A stretch of DNA of 64,000 nt from Candidatus Latescibacterota bacterium (GCA_965237675.1 OZ250150.1:2240001-2304000), one strand, 5' to 3'. Counted from the stretch's first letter, positions 28,798-38,822 are shown. Notes: generated by a model not told the origin, from the letters alone. Numbers and translations: made by a program.

Positions 28798-29440
28798 AAG
28801 TCCGGACGCTCGTTGATGCGTACGCTCGCCGCTCTCAACCGCGAACGAAGGGATCACGCCGCGTCCCGATCTCTTGTGTAAGCTCCTCTGTTGGTTTGAT
28901 GCGCCCCTACTTGTTCCGCCATTGTAACGTGAGTGTTTAAATCCGACACCACGCCCCCGGCACTTTCACTGAACAAAGACCGAAATTTAACTTAAACGTC
29001 ACAAATTTGATTGCAACGCTGACAGATTTAATACATATTCAGCCTCGGACAAGCCCCGTGACCGGGGCGGGCTCCCGTCGTGAATTTCCCCACGAAGAGA
29101 AACAGGTTGACGGAGGACGGGCACACGGGGGACGTCTTCCTGAAAGCGGTTGTGACGATCATGCATCAAAACGGGAACGAGGCGGCGATGTGGAAGAATC
29201 TGATCGCAGCTGTGTGTCGGGTGTCTGCGTTGACATTTCCGGCAATGGCCGGTGACATCATGATCCGGGGATACTGAATATCGGCGTGGTCGAAGCGGAT
29301 GGGCCTGGCGCCAACGGTGCGGGCAGGTGGGTGAAGGTTGCCCTCACAAGAGGCTGGCGCCGTCGTATTACAGGCTAAGGGGACCGTGGTCGATCCTTGT
29401 GGAGGTGTTTTCCGCAATGGCAACAGTAAAGGAGTGCGGC

Positions 29441-32400
29441 ATGGGTAACGAAATCTTCGACAAGAAAACGGCGGTGTCGATGCTGGTGCTCATCGCGCTG
29501 TTTTGCAGCATTTCAGTGTCTGGCGCCGGCGTGGGCGTGATGGAGGAGGACCACCGGACGTGGCATCTGCCCGACGGCGCGACTGCGCGCCTGGGAAAGG
29601 GAGCTATTGGATCGGGGGACCGCGCGGTGGCTCTTTCTTCTGACGGGCGGACGCTGGCCGTGGCCAGCGGCATCGGCGTGTGGCTGTACGACGGGGCCAC
29701 GGCTAACATACTGGCGCTTTTGCCGACTTCCGGCCGGGTCAATTCGGTGTCGTTTTCGCCGGATGGGGGTACGCTGGCCACGGTTTCAGAGGACGGCACG
29801 GTATTATTGTGGGACGTGGTAACGCGATCAGAGGCAGCCACTCTCGATGTATCTGCGGGTAGAGTCACTTCGGTGGTGTTTTCGCCGGAAGGGGACATGC
29901 TGGCGGCCGCGTCGGAGGATGGCGCGGTGCAGCTGTGGGACGCGGCGTCGAGATCACAGACGGCCACCCTCGAAGGTCATTCGGATAATGTCAATTCAGT
30001 GGTGTTTTCGCCGGATGGCGGCACGCTGGCCACCGCATCGGAGGATGGCACCGTGTTGCTTTGGGACGTGAGCACGCGAATGCAGGCCGGCACGCTCGAA
30101 GGGCTTGCTGATGATGTCACTTCGCTGTCGTTTTCGCAAGACGGTGGCACGCTGGCCACCGCGTCGGGGGATAGCTCGGTGTTGCTGTGGGACGTCGCCT
30201 CACCATCGGAGGCAGACACCCTTAAGGGTGATACGGGCAGTATCACTCTGGTAGCGTTTTCACCGGATGCGGACACACTGGTCACAGCGTCGGAGGATGG
30301 CAACGTGTTGCTGTGGAACGTCGGCAGGCGATGGGTGGTCGACACCCTCGAAGGGCATACGGGTAGCGTCACATCGGTGATGTTTTCGAGGGACGGCGGC
30401 ACGCTGGCCACCGCGTCAAAGGATGGCACGGTAAGGATCTGGGACGTGGAGACAGGGTATTTCGTCGCATTTGGCGGTCATAAATCCGCTGTCAATTCGG
30501 TCATGTTTTCGTCGGATGTTGACACGTTGGTCTCCGGGTCTGCGGGGGGCGCGGTAAACCTGTGGGACGCAAGCGCGGGAATACAGGTAGGTGCCTTCCT
30601 GGGGCATGGCGGAAGCGTCACGTCGATGGCGTTTTCGCCGGTCGGGGACACGCTGGCTACCGCGTCGGAGGATAGCACGGTGCTGCTGTGGGACGTGGCC
30701 TCGAGATCGGAGGCAGCCACCCTTGAAGTTCACGCGGGCGGTGTGACTTCGGTCGTGTATTCGCCGGACGGGGACACGTTGGCCACCGCGTCGGAGGATG
30801 GCACGGTGCTGCTGTGGGACGTTGCCACGCGAAGAGTGGTTGCCACCCTCGAAGGGCATAGAGGAGGTGTGACTTCGGTCGTGTATTCGCCGGACGGGGA
30901 CACGTTGGCCACCGCGTCGGAGGATGGCACGGTGAGGCTGTGGGACGTTGCCACGCGAAGAGTGGTTGCCACCCTCGAAGGGCATAGAGGAGGTGTTACT
31001 TCGGTGATTTTTTCACCGGATGGCGGCACGCTGGCCTCCGGTTCGAAGGATGGCGCGGTAAGGTTATGGGACGTGGCCTTGCAAACACAGGTCGCAACCC
31101 TGCAAGGACATTCAGACGGAATCGGATCACTGGCGTTTTCGAAGGACGGCAGCAGGCTTGCCTCCGGGTCGCGCGACAACACCGTCAAGGTGTGGGACGT
31201 GCACGCCCGAATCGAGGTCGCGACATTGGAGGGTCATAACGGCGACGTTCGTTCGGTTGTGTTTTCTTCGGATTGGGCCACGTTGGCCTCGGGGTCGGAG
31301 GATGGCACGGTGCTGCTGTGGGATCTGTCTGAGTGGCCGGGTCTCCGACCATTCGGTCTGGAGGTCATCTCCGGCGACGGACAGGAGGGCGCGCCCGGTG
31401 GTGCGCTTGCCGACCCCCTGGTCGTGGAAGTGAAAGATCAGAACGGCGAGCCCCTGCCCGATGCCGCCGTCGCCTATACTGTCACGGCCGGCGACGGCAA
31501 GCTCGGCGGGAGGTTCACAGTCCGGCATACACGGACGGATGCGGACGGCCGCGCAGCCACCACCCTGACGCTGGGTGCCCGGGCGGGCACAAACACCGTG
31601 GTGGTAACGCTCGGCGGTCGTGAGTTGGCGACCTTTTCCGCAGAAGGTGTGGGAACCCCCGCGGTCGTGTTGGACGGGGACTACCGGAAATGGCGTCTGC
31701 CCCAGGGGGCGACGGCGCGCCTGGGCAAAGGAGCCATTGGCCAGAGCGACCGCGCGGTAGCCCTTTCGCCGGATGCACGAACGCTGGCCGTGGCCAGCGG
31801 CATTGGTGTCTGGTTGTATGAAGTGAGCACCTCCCGTGCCTCCGCTCTGCTGCCAAGTCCCGCTCGTGTCCATTCAGTGGCGTTTTCACGGCAGGGCACC
31901 CTCGCGGCGGGGTTGAACAATGGCCAGGTCGAATTATGGAATGTGGAGTTTGGCGCACGGGTCGCCACGCTGAAGGGTCATGCGGATCGGGTCAACTCGG
32001 TGGTATTTTCGACGGACGGGGCCACGCTCGCCTCCGGGGCGGAGGATGCCGCGATCAAGCTGTGGGACGTGGCTACGCAAACAGAAGTCGCCACATTGCG
32101 GCGGCACACGATCGGGGTCAATTCGGTGGTGTTTTCTCCGGATGGCGGCACGCTGGCCTCCGGATCGAGCGACCATACGGTTAAACTGTGGGACGTGGCC
32201 GCACGAACCGAGGTCGCCACTCTCGAAGGGCATACGGATGGGGTCACTTCGGTGGTGTTTTCCCCGAATGGGAGCACGCTGGCCTCCGGGTCGAGCGACC
32301 GTACGGTTATATTGTGGGACGCGGCCACGCGAACCGAGGTCGCGGCTCTCGAAGGGCATACGGATGGGATCACCTCGGTGGTGTTTTCTCCGGATGGCGG

Positions 32401-33676
32401 CACGTTGGCCTCCGGGTCGGGCGACCGCACTGTCAAGCTGTGGGACGTGGCCACGCGAGAACTGATCAACACCCTGGAAGAGCATGTGAATAGAGTCTAT
32501 TCGGTGGCGATCTCGCTCAATGGCTCCCTTCTCGCCACCGGGGCAGCGGACGGCACGGTCATCGTAAGGGACGTCGAGACGGGCAATGCCGGGGCAGTCC
32601 ACGGGCACACGTCTCTGTCGTCGATGGCGCTCACGTCAGATGGCGGCGTACTGGCCTCGGGGTCGCAGGATGGTACGGTCCGGTTATGGGACGTGGCCAC
32701 GCGAACCGAGGTCGCCACTCTCGAAGGGCATAGTGGCTGGGTCTATTCGGTGGCGTTCTCGTCGGACGGGAGCACGCTGGCCTCGGGGTCGCAGGACGGC
32801 ACGGTTAAGCTGTGGAACGTGGCCACGCGTACCGAGGTCGCCACTCTCGAAGGGCGTAGTGGCCGGGTCTATTCGGTGGCATTCTCGCCAGATGGGAGCA
32901 CGCTGGCCTCGGGGTTCAGGAATGGCACGGTTAAGCTGTGGAACGTGGCCACGCGTACCGAGGTCGCCACTCTCGAAGGGCATGGGGACACGGGCGGAGT
33001 CGGCTCGGTGGCGTTTTCGTCTAATGGGAGCACGCTGGCCGTCGGGTCGAGCGACAACACGGTCAAGCTGTGGGACGTGGCAACGCGAACCGAGGTCGCC
33101 ACTTTAGAAGGACATCGTGGTTGGGTCTATTCGGTGGCGTTCTCGCGGGACGACAGCACGCTGGCCTCGGGGTCGCAGGATGGCACGGTCCGGTTGTGGG
33201 ACGTGGCCACACGAACCGAGACCGCCACTTTAGAAGGGCATCGAGGCTGGGTCTATGCGGTGGCGTTCTCGCCGGATGGGGACTCTCTGGCCTCCGGATC
33301 GCAGGATGGCACGGTCCGGTTATGGGACGTGGCCACGCGAGCCGGGGTCGCCACTCTCAAAGGACATAGTGGTTGGGTCTATGCAGTAGCGTTTTCGCCG
33401 GATGGGAGCATGGTGACTTCCGGGTCGAGGGATGGCACGATGCTGATGTGGAATATCGCGCCGGCGGTTCCACCACCGACGGTTCCACCGCAGACGGCCG
33501 ATCCCGATTTCAACGACGACGGTAGTGTCGGCTTTGCCGACTTTGTGCTGTTCGCGCAACAGTTCGGCTTGCGTGAAGGCGATGCGGGATATGACGCGAA
33601 GTACGACCTGGACGAGGATGGCGCCATCGGCTTCGGTGATTTTGTGATATTTGCCAACGCGTTCGGGAAGAGTTAA
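29441..33676 (+). CDS. Secreted WD40-repeat protein: two propeller modules, central Ig-like domain, C-terminal dockerin/EF-hand-like pair
   Basis: Signal peptide; W.LP.GATARLGKG.IG occurs twice; roughly 28 GH...V.SV.FSPDG.TLASGS.DGTV.LWDV repeats; ISGDGQ.G..G.AL..PLVVEV.DQ.G; DFNDDGSVGFADF...YDLDEDGAIGFGDF. AAGGAG RBS before ATG 29441. Confidence 0.93.
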   Translation: MGNEIFDKKTAVSMLVLIALFCSISVSGAGVGVMEEDHRTWHLPDGATARLGKGAIGSGDRAVALSSDGRTLAVASGIGVWLYDGATANILALLPTSGRVNSVSFSPDGGTLATVSEDGTVLLWDVVTRSEAATLDVSAGRVTSVVFSPEGDMLAAASEDGAVQLWDAASRSQTATLEGHSDNVNSVVFSPDGGTLATASEDGTVLLWDVSTRMQAGTLEGLADDVTSLSFSQDGGTLATASGDSSVLLWDVASPSEADTLKGDTGSITLVAFSPDADTLVTASEDGNVLLWNVGRRWVVDTLEGHTGSVTSVMFSRDGGTLATASKDGTVRIWDVETGYFVAFGGHKSAVNSVMFSSDVDTLVSGSAGGAVNLWDASAGIQVGAFLGHGGSVTSMAFSPVGDTLATASEDSTVLLWDVASRSEAATLEVHAGGVTSVVYSPDGDTLATASEDGTVLLWDVATRRVVATLEGHRGGVTSVVYSPDGDTLATASEDGTVRLWDVATRRVVATLEGHRGGVTSVIFSPDGGTLASGSKDGAVRLWDVALQTQVATLQGHSDGIGSLAFSKDGSRLASGSRDNTVKVWDVHARIEVATLEGHNGDVRSVVFSSDWATLASGSEDGTVLLWDLSEWPGLRPFGLEVISGDGQEGAPGGALADPLVVEVKDQNGEPLPDAAVAYTVTAGDGKLGGRFTVRHTRTDADGRAATTLTLGARAGTNTVVVTLGGRELATFSAEGVGTPAVVLDGDYRKWRLPQGATARLGKGAIGQSDRAVALSPDARTLAVASGIGVWLYEVSTSRASALLPSPARVHSVAFSRQGTLAAGLNNGQVELWNVEFGARVATLKGHADRVNSVVFSTDGATLASGAEDAAIKLWDVATQTEVATLRRHTIGVNSVVFSPDGGTLASGSSDHTVKLWDVAARTEVATLEGHTDGVTSVVFSPNGSTLASGSSDRTVILWDAATRTEVAALEGHTDGITSVVFSPDGGTLASGSGDRTVKLWDVATRELINTLEEHVNRVYSVAISLNGSLLATGAADGTVIVRDVETGNAGAVHGHTSLSSMALTSDGGVLASGSQDGTVRLWDVATRTEVATLEGHSGWVYSVAFSSDGSTLASGSQDGTVKLWNVATRTEVATLEGRSGRVYSVAFSPDGSTLASGFRNGTVKLWNVATRTEVATLEGHGDTGGVGSVAFSSNGSTLAVGSSDNTVKLWDVATRTEVATLEGHRGWVYSVAFSRDDSTLASGSQDGTVRLWDVATRTETATLEGHRGWVYAVAFSPDGDSLASGSQDGTVRLWDVATRAGVATLKGHSGWVYAVAFSPDGSMVTSGSRDGTMLMWNIAPAVPPPTVPPQTADPDFNDDGSVGFADFVLFAQQFGLREGDAGYDAKYDLDEDGAIGFGDFVIFANAFGKS

Positions 33677-33743
33677 GCCACTGGAGTCAGATCGCCCTTC
33701 TATATACAGCGCGCAACCGCGGGGGCATTGCGCACTTAATATG

Positions 33744-33888
33744 ATTCGGGCCTCTATTCGTATCTCCGCCCACCGGGGGGGAGTGGCAGGCAGAGCGCGC
33801 AACAGAGGCCCGCGTCCTGATTCAATTTATGTTATCCGATTTCCTATTGCGTGTCAAGCCCCTGCGATCGAAACCGGAGATTTTTTCC
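33744..33888 (-). ncRNA. Promoter + long hairpin element, copy 2 (candidate sRNA)
   Basis: Minus strand TTGACA-N17-TAACAT (33857-33829); hairpin 33811-33748 with inner stem CTCTGCCTGCC/GGTGGGCGGAG and loop ACTCCCCCC. Confidence 0.55.
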
Positions 33889-33929
33889 GCCACCGACTGA
33901 CGGGGCTTAACGGTGGCCGCATAGCCGTT

Positions 33930-34676
33930 CTAAGGAATTAACTCTATACGGACCACGTTTTTGACGTTCGCGCACCTGTCGTCGGTTTCCGGAACGAAAA
34001 GCCGCAGCGGACCTCCTTGGCGTTTCGGCAGCGGATGGCCTTCCATCCGGTAAACGAGGATGCCGTTGGCCAGGGTCCTTTCGAGGGGAATCCGGGCGAA
34101 GAATTCGTCGTCGGCCGAATGAAAAACAACCTCGCTCACGGTGGCGTCGATCGTCACGCTGTCCAGGAGCCTACGAACGAAGATAGCGGACCCGCGGCGG
34201 CCCGGAAGAAGGCGGCCGATATCGTCGATCGGGTCCGGAATCATTTCGAGATCCGCATACGTAAAGTATATTGGATTCGAGATGCATCCCTCGATTTTCA
34301 GTATCGGCGCCGCCGCGTTGCCGTCCAGCGCTGAATATGTCCTTGCGATGTAGTCGTCTGCGATATCGACCAGCCTGGGGTCGAAGCCGATGGAGGGCGC
34401 GATATGGATTTCGAGACCCGGATGGTCTTTTTGAAAACCATCCACACGCTGCCGGATTCGTTGCAATATTCGTTCGTCTTCCTGAAAGATAAAGGGCAGG
34501 ATCGCTATCCGTCCCGCGCCGCTTTGAACGCACGCAGCCAGTGCGGTTTCGAGGGCGGGATGCCCGTTCAGAACGCCGGGTTCGACAGTGACACCCCGGT
34601 CCCGAAGCGCCTCGGCCACCTCGCCCAGGCAGTTCACATCCGCGCGACCCGCAACAAGCACGGTGGCGTGGATCAT
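33930..34676 (-). CDS. CbiX/SirB-like domain fused to a molybdopterin-oxidoreductase (YedY-like) domain
   Basis: N-terminal P.LE.AL..CV..GA.RI..LPF and IGFDPRLVDI; C-terminal VYRMEGHPLP..QGGPLRL.VP...C.NVK.V.RIE; GGAGG RBS. Confidence 0.7.
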   Translation of the reverse strand: MIHATVLVAGRADVNCLGEVAEALRDRGVTVEPGVLNGHPALETALAACVQSGAGRIAILPFIFQEDERILQRIRQRVDGFQKDHPGLEIHIAPSIGFDPRLVDIADDYIARTYSALDGNAAAPILKIEGCISNPIYFTYADLEMIPDPIDDIGRLLPGRRGSAIFVRRLLDSVTIDATVSEVVFHSADDEFFARIPLERTLANGILVYRMEGHPLPKRQGGPLRLFVPETDDRCANVKNVVRIELIP

Positions 34677-34725
34677 TGAATTACCTCCATCGCTTCACTC
34701 GCGACCGCGCGGTCGCCCGTTAGAT

Positions 34726-34863
34726 ATGCTCCCCTTCTTCGATGATCTTCCGCTTCTCATTCGAATGGTTCTGCTGATTTCCGCCGTGCTCGTACTGGTG
34801 ATCTGCGCCGGCCTGGTCTGGCGAATGGTCAAGGCCGTGTTCGGAAGGAAAGATCTCGATTAG
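34726..34863 (+). CDS. Small single-pass membrane protein (45 aa)
   Basis: MLPFFDDLPLLIRMVLLISAVLVLVICAGLVWRMVKAVFGRKDLD: hydrophobic stretch followed by a basic tail. Confidence 0.5.
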   Translation: MLPFFDDLPLLIRMVLLISAVLVLVICAGLVWRMVKAVFGRKDLD

Positions 34864-35064
34864 CCCGCCAGCAGGGCGATCCTTCCTGAATCCAGGCGCA
34901 ATCGTCGACAACCGAGACAAGATCTATCCGCTTCAAAACCTCGGTGGTTGGGGCACCCATAGCCGATCAAGCCGATCACGATATGGACACACACGAGTGT
35001 GTGTATATTTTCCAATACCTTGATTTTACGGCAGTTATTCCCCAACGCACGTCGCGAAATCACG

Positions 35065-35346
35065 CTATCTCCCCGGTCGATCCGAAACCTTTTTTAACTC
35101 GCTTCGCGCATAGGAGAGGGCCATAACTTCCAGGGCGTTGATGAGGTATACGTCGCGCGCGTGGCGGTCCAGGGCTTCGGACATCTGTTTGGCGAGCGCC
35201 GGGATTTCGGCCTCCAGGTCGGCTCTCATATCGTCCCAGCCGGACAGGCGACCGTGCTTTTCCAGGTAGGATTTTCGCGCGGCCCGGTAGATAGCCTTGG
35301 CGAGTTTGCGCGGGTCTCCGTCGAGTTGGATCTGTGAGTTATCCAT
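35065..35346 (-). CDS. Hypothetical helical protein (93 aa)
   Basis: Protein-like composition and codon usage; co-oriented with its neighbours; no recognised motif. Confidence 0.6.
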   Translation of the reverse strand: MDNSQIQLDGDPRKLAKAIYRAARKSYLEKHGRLSGWDDMRADLEAEIPALAKQMSEALDRHARDVYLINALEVMALSYARSELKKVSDRPGR

Positions 35347-35384
35347 TGGGATTTTGTGTTATTGGTCGTGATTGCGGTTGATGG

Positions 35385-35460
35385 GGCGGCGTCCGCGCCG
35401 TGACGTGGGATGGCCGGTAAGGTTGCATGGGGGCGTAGGGGCGACCGGCCGGACGCCCCG
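35385..35460 (+). repeat. GTAG-type REP element with conserved flank
   Basis: GTAGGGGCG-N10-CGCCCC hairpin; about 65 bp match the reverse complement of 63456-63530. Confidence 0.75.
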
Positions 35461-35504
35461 TCGAAGGCGCCTTCCAGTCGGACGACACGAAATCTATGAT
35501 CCGC

Positions 35505-38500
35505 TCATCCACTCGAGCCGACCGGTTCGAAGCGGACGGTGTCACCGACCACGTAGTCCACGACCTGGACCCATGCGCCGGGCGCGAGATTCCGGAGCCT
35601 GTCTCCATCGCCTCTATTGGGGTCGATGCGAACGGTGGTGCGGACGCGCCCGGGCGGCCAGGAACCCTCATTGCTCGCGTTGGCGATTACGGCCCAGTCG
35701 TCGTTCGCGCCGGTCTGAATGCGCGTACCGTTGAGGTTTCCGGATTTGGCCAGGACGTGAAAACCGAAGTCGATTCTGCCGTCTTCAGCGGCAACGACGC
35801 GCGCGCGCCCCAGGAGGGAGGTGACGTCGAGTGTGAGTCGATGAATTCGCGCGCCCGCGTGCTCCACCGCTTCAACGCGATAGTTGTGTGCCCGGCCGTC
35901 GGGGTTGACGATGATGCGGTCTCCGGCGGCGATGCCCTCCAGACCTTCCACGTCAACCGTACACGCGTCCCGGTCGAGGGCGACGATGCGGCCGGTTTGA
36001 CGGGCGTGACTGATTGCGAATGACATCCCGGAGTCCTGGAATGCGGACGCGCCCAGGGTTGAAATCCGGCCGTCGACGACGGCCGCCAGGGCGCCGTGTA
36101 ACGTGACGCCGTCTTCAAAGCGGGTGGCGTCGGCGGGACCGGCGTCGGGTGACCAGTAAAGCGAGATTTTCTTTCCTCCAGCCGTGGTGAGCCGCACGCC
36201 GGCGGCCGTGGACGTCTGCGTGGGAACGGCGACCGCTTCGGCAAGGGTCGGTTCGCCGATTCGGGGTTCGAATACGAGATCGACGCACGTGGTATCGTCC
36301 TGAGGCGTGCGCCGCCAGAGGACGGGGTTATAAAGGTAGTTGGACGTTTCGGGGGCGCCCATTGCCTGCGCCGCCCGGGTGGTGAGTAGCCGGGTGTCCG
36401 GGGAAACGTTGACCTGGTGGATGTCCAGATGGACCGCGGGCTCAGCCTGCGATTGCCAGGCCCCGCTGAAGGCCGGCGGCGCCTGGCCGTCCGACACGTC
36501 GTCCATGTACGCCAGAGCGGTATGGTCCGGGTGCGGCAGGTCGCCGGTCTGCGCGCGTTCGATTTGGGGACCGGCGACGGTCCCGGATCGGGGTTGGAGG
36601 CCAGCGTCGTCCGACTGGAATACGCCATCGAGCCCGCGGCACGTGCGCCAGTGTTCCGTGCCTCCCGTGATCCGGGAGAGGTCGACGAGGGCGACTCCGT
36701 CGCTGTCCGTCTCCACCAGGGCGATGAGGCGGCGGAACGTGACACCGAGCTTATGCCATCCGCGCCCTACGTCGTGCGCCCATCGGTGCGCCTCGACGTC
36801 CAGTACCTGGACGCCGTCCACAAAGAGGCTGCGAACCAGGCGCCCGCGGCCGGCGCTTATGGGTTCGCCCGGAGGCAGGTCTGACCAGACGGTGTTGTGG
36901 GTCGCCCAGTGGGATTCCCAGGGGGACATGCTTGCCCACGACTGGGGGTATCCGAGGTCGGTCAGAAACGGACGTCCGAACGCAAAAAACTGGACGTCCA
37001 GAAGGTCTCTGTGGCGGTGGTGGACGGTATCCCCGTACACGATGCCGGCGGCGGCCCGCTCGGGGGCCTCGGGTGTGCGGAGAATCGCAATGCCGACGCC
37101 GTCGTGGACCGTGGGTCCGAGGGCCACGTGCCGTTTGTTCTGAACGGCCGACTGGATCTCCTTCACCCGCGGGTCATCGGTGAAGGCCACCGCTCGCTCA
37201 AGAAGATCGGGATCCATCGGCGGATGAAAGAGATCGCGTTCCAGCCGGATGGTGCCCTCTCCCTTGAAGCCGGCCGAGCCGGGGGCCGATCCATCGCCGA
37301 ACTGGAAGAAGGATTTTCCAACCATCGTGATCTCGTGCAGCGCACGGGGTACGTGCGCTGCACGACGATCGTCGAAGAGGGAGGGGTAGTCGGATTCAGG
37401 GTAGGCGTCGGGTTGCAGGGCACGAAGGTTTCGGAGGTGATGTTCCAGGTCGAACAGCCCGTCGCTGTGGATCGAGTTGTAGCCACCCGTGGCCTCCTGG
37501 GGGGTGCCGTCCGGGAAGAAGTCGTTGGTGGTGAAGACACGCAGCGTGTCCGGCCCTTCATCGTAGATCCAATCCATCACGTCCCCCGCGTCGGGGCGGT
37601 CCAGACAGCGCAGGATAAACAGCGCCCCCTGGCTTTCTCTCGGAAGGTTGCTGCTCGCGCCCCGATCCAGCGTGACCTGGAGCAGGGCCGCCAGCATCTC
37701 CTCCGTCAGTTGACAGGCATCTTCGGGAGTCTCAACGGAAAGGCCCATCGATTGGGCGCGTCCGACGAGCTCCCGGTCCTCCCGCATCAGCGGCCACACC
37801 GTGTCGTATGCCAGCGCCAGGCTCGCGATGAGATACGGGGTGTCGATGCTGTAGCGGACGCTGCCCTTGGCGCGCAGCGCCTGAACCGGATCGGATTCGT
37901 CCGCCCAGTCGGGCTGGCCCCAATCCCAGGGTTCCTCCACGCCTTTCGACGGGCCGTACCGGAACTGGGGAACGGAGGCCAGATAGAGCTCTTCCTCGGC
38001 GTATCTCAGCAGCAGCAACCCGAGCCGGCGCGCGAGCGCTTCGTCGAAACCCCCGGCGCGCAGGGCATTCGTCAGAGCGTTGATTCCCGAATGGAAGCTG
38101 CGGGATTGATCCCGGTGATAGGTGGCGGCAAAGAGGTAGATGTGACCGTCGGCGTCGAAAAAACCGTACCCGTCGTCCGGATATTCGCCCGAAAAGTAGT
38201 CTTCGTTCGCCAGGTCGTTGCTGGGATAGACCGAAGCGCAATTGGGACATTCCGACTTGAAATCGCACGGGAGATGGTTGCGCGTCCAGGGATAAAAGCC
38301 GCTGTATTTGAAAATCGCCGTACCGCAGTTGGGGCAGCCCTGGTGGCAGTTGGCAAAATGGGCTTTGGGCAGTTCCGTGGCCGGAAGCTGCGCCCAGATG
38401 ATTTCGTCAGGCTGGGACGACCACCAGGCGATGGTTTCTTCGGCAAGGCGATCCGATAGGGGTTCGTCCTGCAGCGTCCGCCGTGTCTTTGTGGACCGGT

Positions 38501-38822
38501 AATCTCTCCCCAGAGGCCAGCGGCGCGGCCACCAGGCGCCGTTGTAGGTGTGCGGCACGCGCAGTTCGTCCAGGGTACGGACCTGGATAGTTGTTTCCGT
38601 CTCCTTACCGCCGTGAGCCGCGCGGAGGGTGTAGTCTCCGGCCTGTCGGGGAGATCGCAGATAGTGGTAGATCGCGGTGTCCCGTTCGGACCACCGGGTC
38701 GAAATGACCTCGAAATGGTCGGCTGAGAGCGTGACGTTGTCGCCGGGCGCCTGAACGGGCAGACGGAAGCTGCGTCCGGGGAGAATGACCCTGGGGTGCC
38801 AGGGTATGGCGAGATCGGACAT
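35505..38822 (-). CDS. Large heparinase II/III-like (polysaccharide lyase-like) protein
   Basis: DFFPDGTPQEATGGYN and HHRHRDLLDVQFFAFGRPFLTDLGYP resemble heparinase II/III motifs; N-terminal CPNC zinc-like pairs. Start placed at MSDLAIPW. Confidence 0.65.
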   Translation of the reverse strand: MSDLAIPWHPRVILPGRSFRLPVQAPGDNVTLSADHFEVISTRWSERDTAIYHYLRSPRQAGDYTLRAAHGGKETETTIQVRTLDELRVPHTYNGAWWPRRWPLGRDYRSTKTRRTLQDEPLSDRLAEETIAWWSSQPDEIIWAQLPATELPKAHFANCHQGCPNCGTAIFKYSGFYPWTRNHLPCDFKSECPNCASVYPSNDLANEDYFSGEYPDDGYGFFDADGHIYLFAATYHRDQSRSFHSGINALTNALRAGGFDEALARRLGLLLLRYAEEELYLASVPQFRYGPSKGVEEPWDWGQPDWADESDPVQALRAKGSVRYSIDTPYLIASLALAYDTVWPLMREDRELVGRAQSMGLSVETPEDACQLTEEMLAALLQVTLDRGASSNLPRESQGALFILRCLDRPDAGDVMDWIYDEGPDTLRVFTTNDFFPDGTPQEATGGYNSIHSDGLFDLEHHLRNLRALQPDAYPESDYPSLFDDRRAAHVPRALHEITMVGKSFFQFGDGSAPGSAGFKGEGTIRLERDLFHPPMDPDLLERAVAFTDDPRVKEIQSAVQNKRHVALGPTVHDGVGIAILRTPEAPERAAAGIVYGDTVHHRHRDLLDVQFFAFGRPFLTDLGYPQSWASMSPWESHWATHNTVWSDLPPGEPISAGRGRLVRSLFVDGVQVLDVEAHRWAHDVGRGWHKLGVTFRRLIALVETDSDGVALVDLSRITGGTEHWRTCRGLDGVFQSDDAGLQPRSGTVAGPQIERAQTGDLPHPDHTALAYMDDVSDGQAPPAFSGAWQSQAEPAVHLDIHQVNVSPDTRLLTTRAAQAMGAPETSNYLYNPVLWRRTPQDDTTCVDLVFEPRIGEPTLAEAVAVPTQTSTAAGVRLTTAGGKKISLYWSPDAGPADATRFEDGVTLHGALAAVVDGRISTLGASAFQDSGMSFAISHARQTGRIVALDRDACTVDVEGLEGIAAGDRIIVNPDGRAHNYRVEAVEHAGARIHRLTLDVTSLLGRARVVAAEDGRIDFGFHVLAKSGNLNGTRIQTGANDDWAVIANASNEGSWPPGRVRTTVRIDPNRGDGDRLRNLAPGAWVQVVDYVVGDTVRFEPVGSSG

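Noticed and set aside
28980-29277. Pho-box-like 11-bp repeat and a short signal-peptide-like ORF
   Set aside because: The match is degenerate in AT-rich DNA and the ORF stops after a few codons, so it is too weak to call.
30740-33400. CRISPR-like periodicity
   Set aside because: These are 126-bp in-frame WD40 coding repeats, with no unique spacers or cas genes.
28652-33811. Integron attC sites or a known riboswitch for the duplicated hairpin
   Set aside because: There are no RYYYAAC/GTTRRRY ends and no integron integrase, and I see no match to the TPP, cobalamin, SAM, ZTP, c-di-GMP or SRP consensus motifs.
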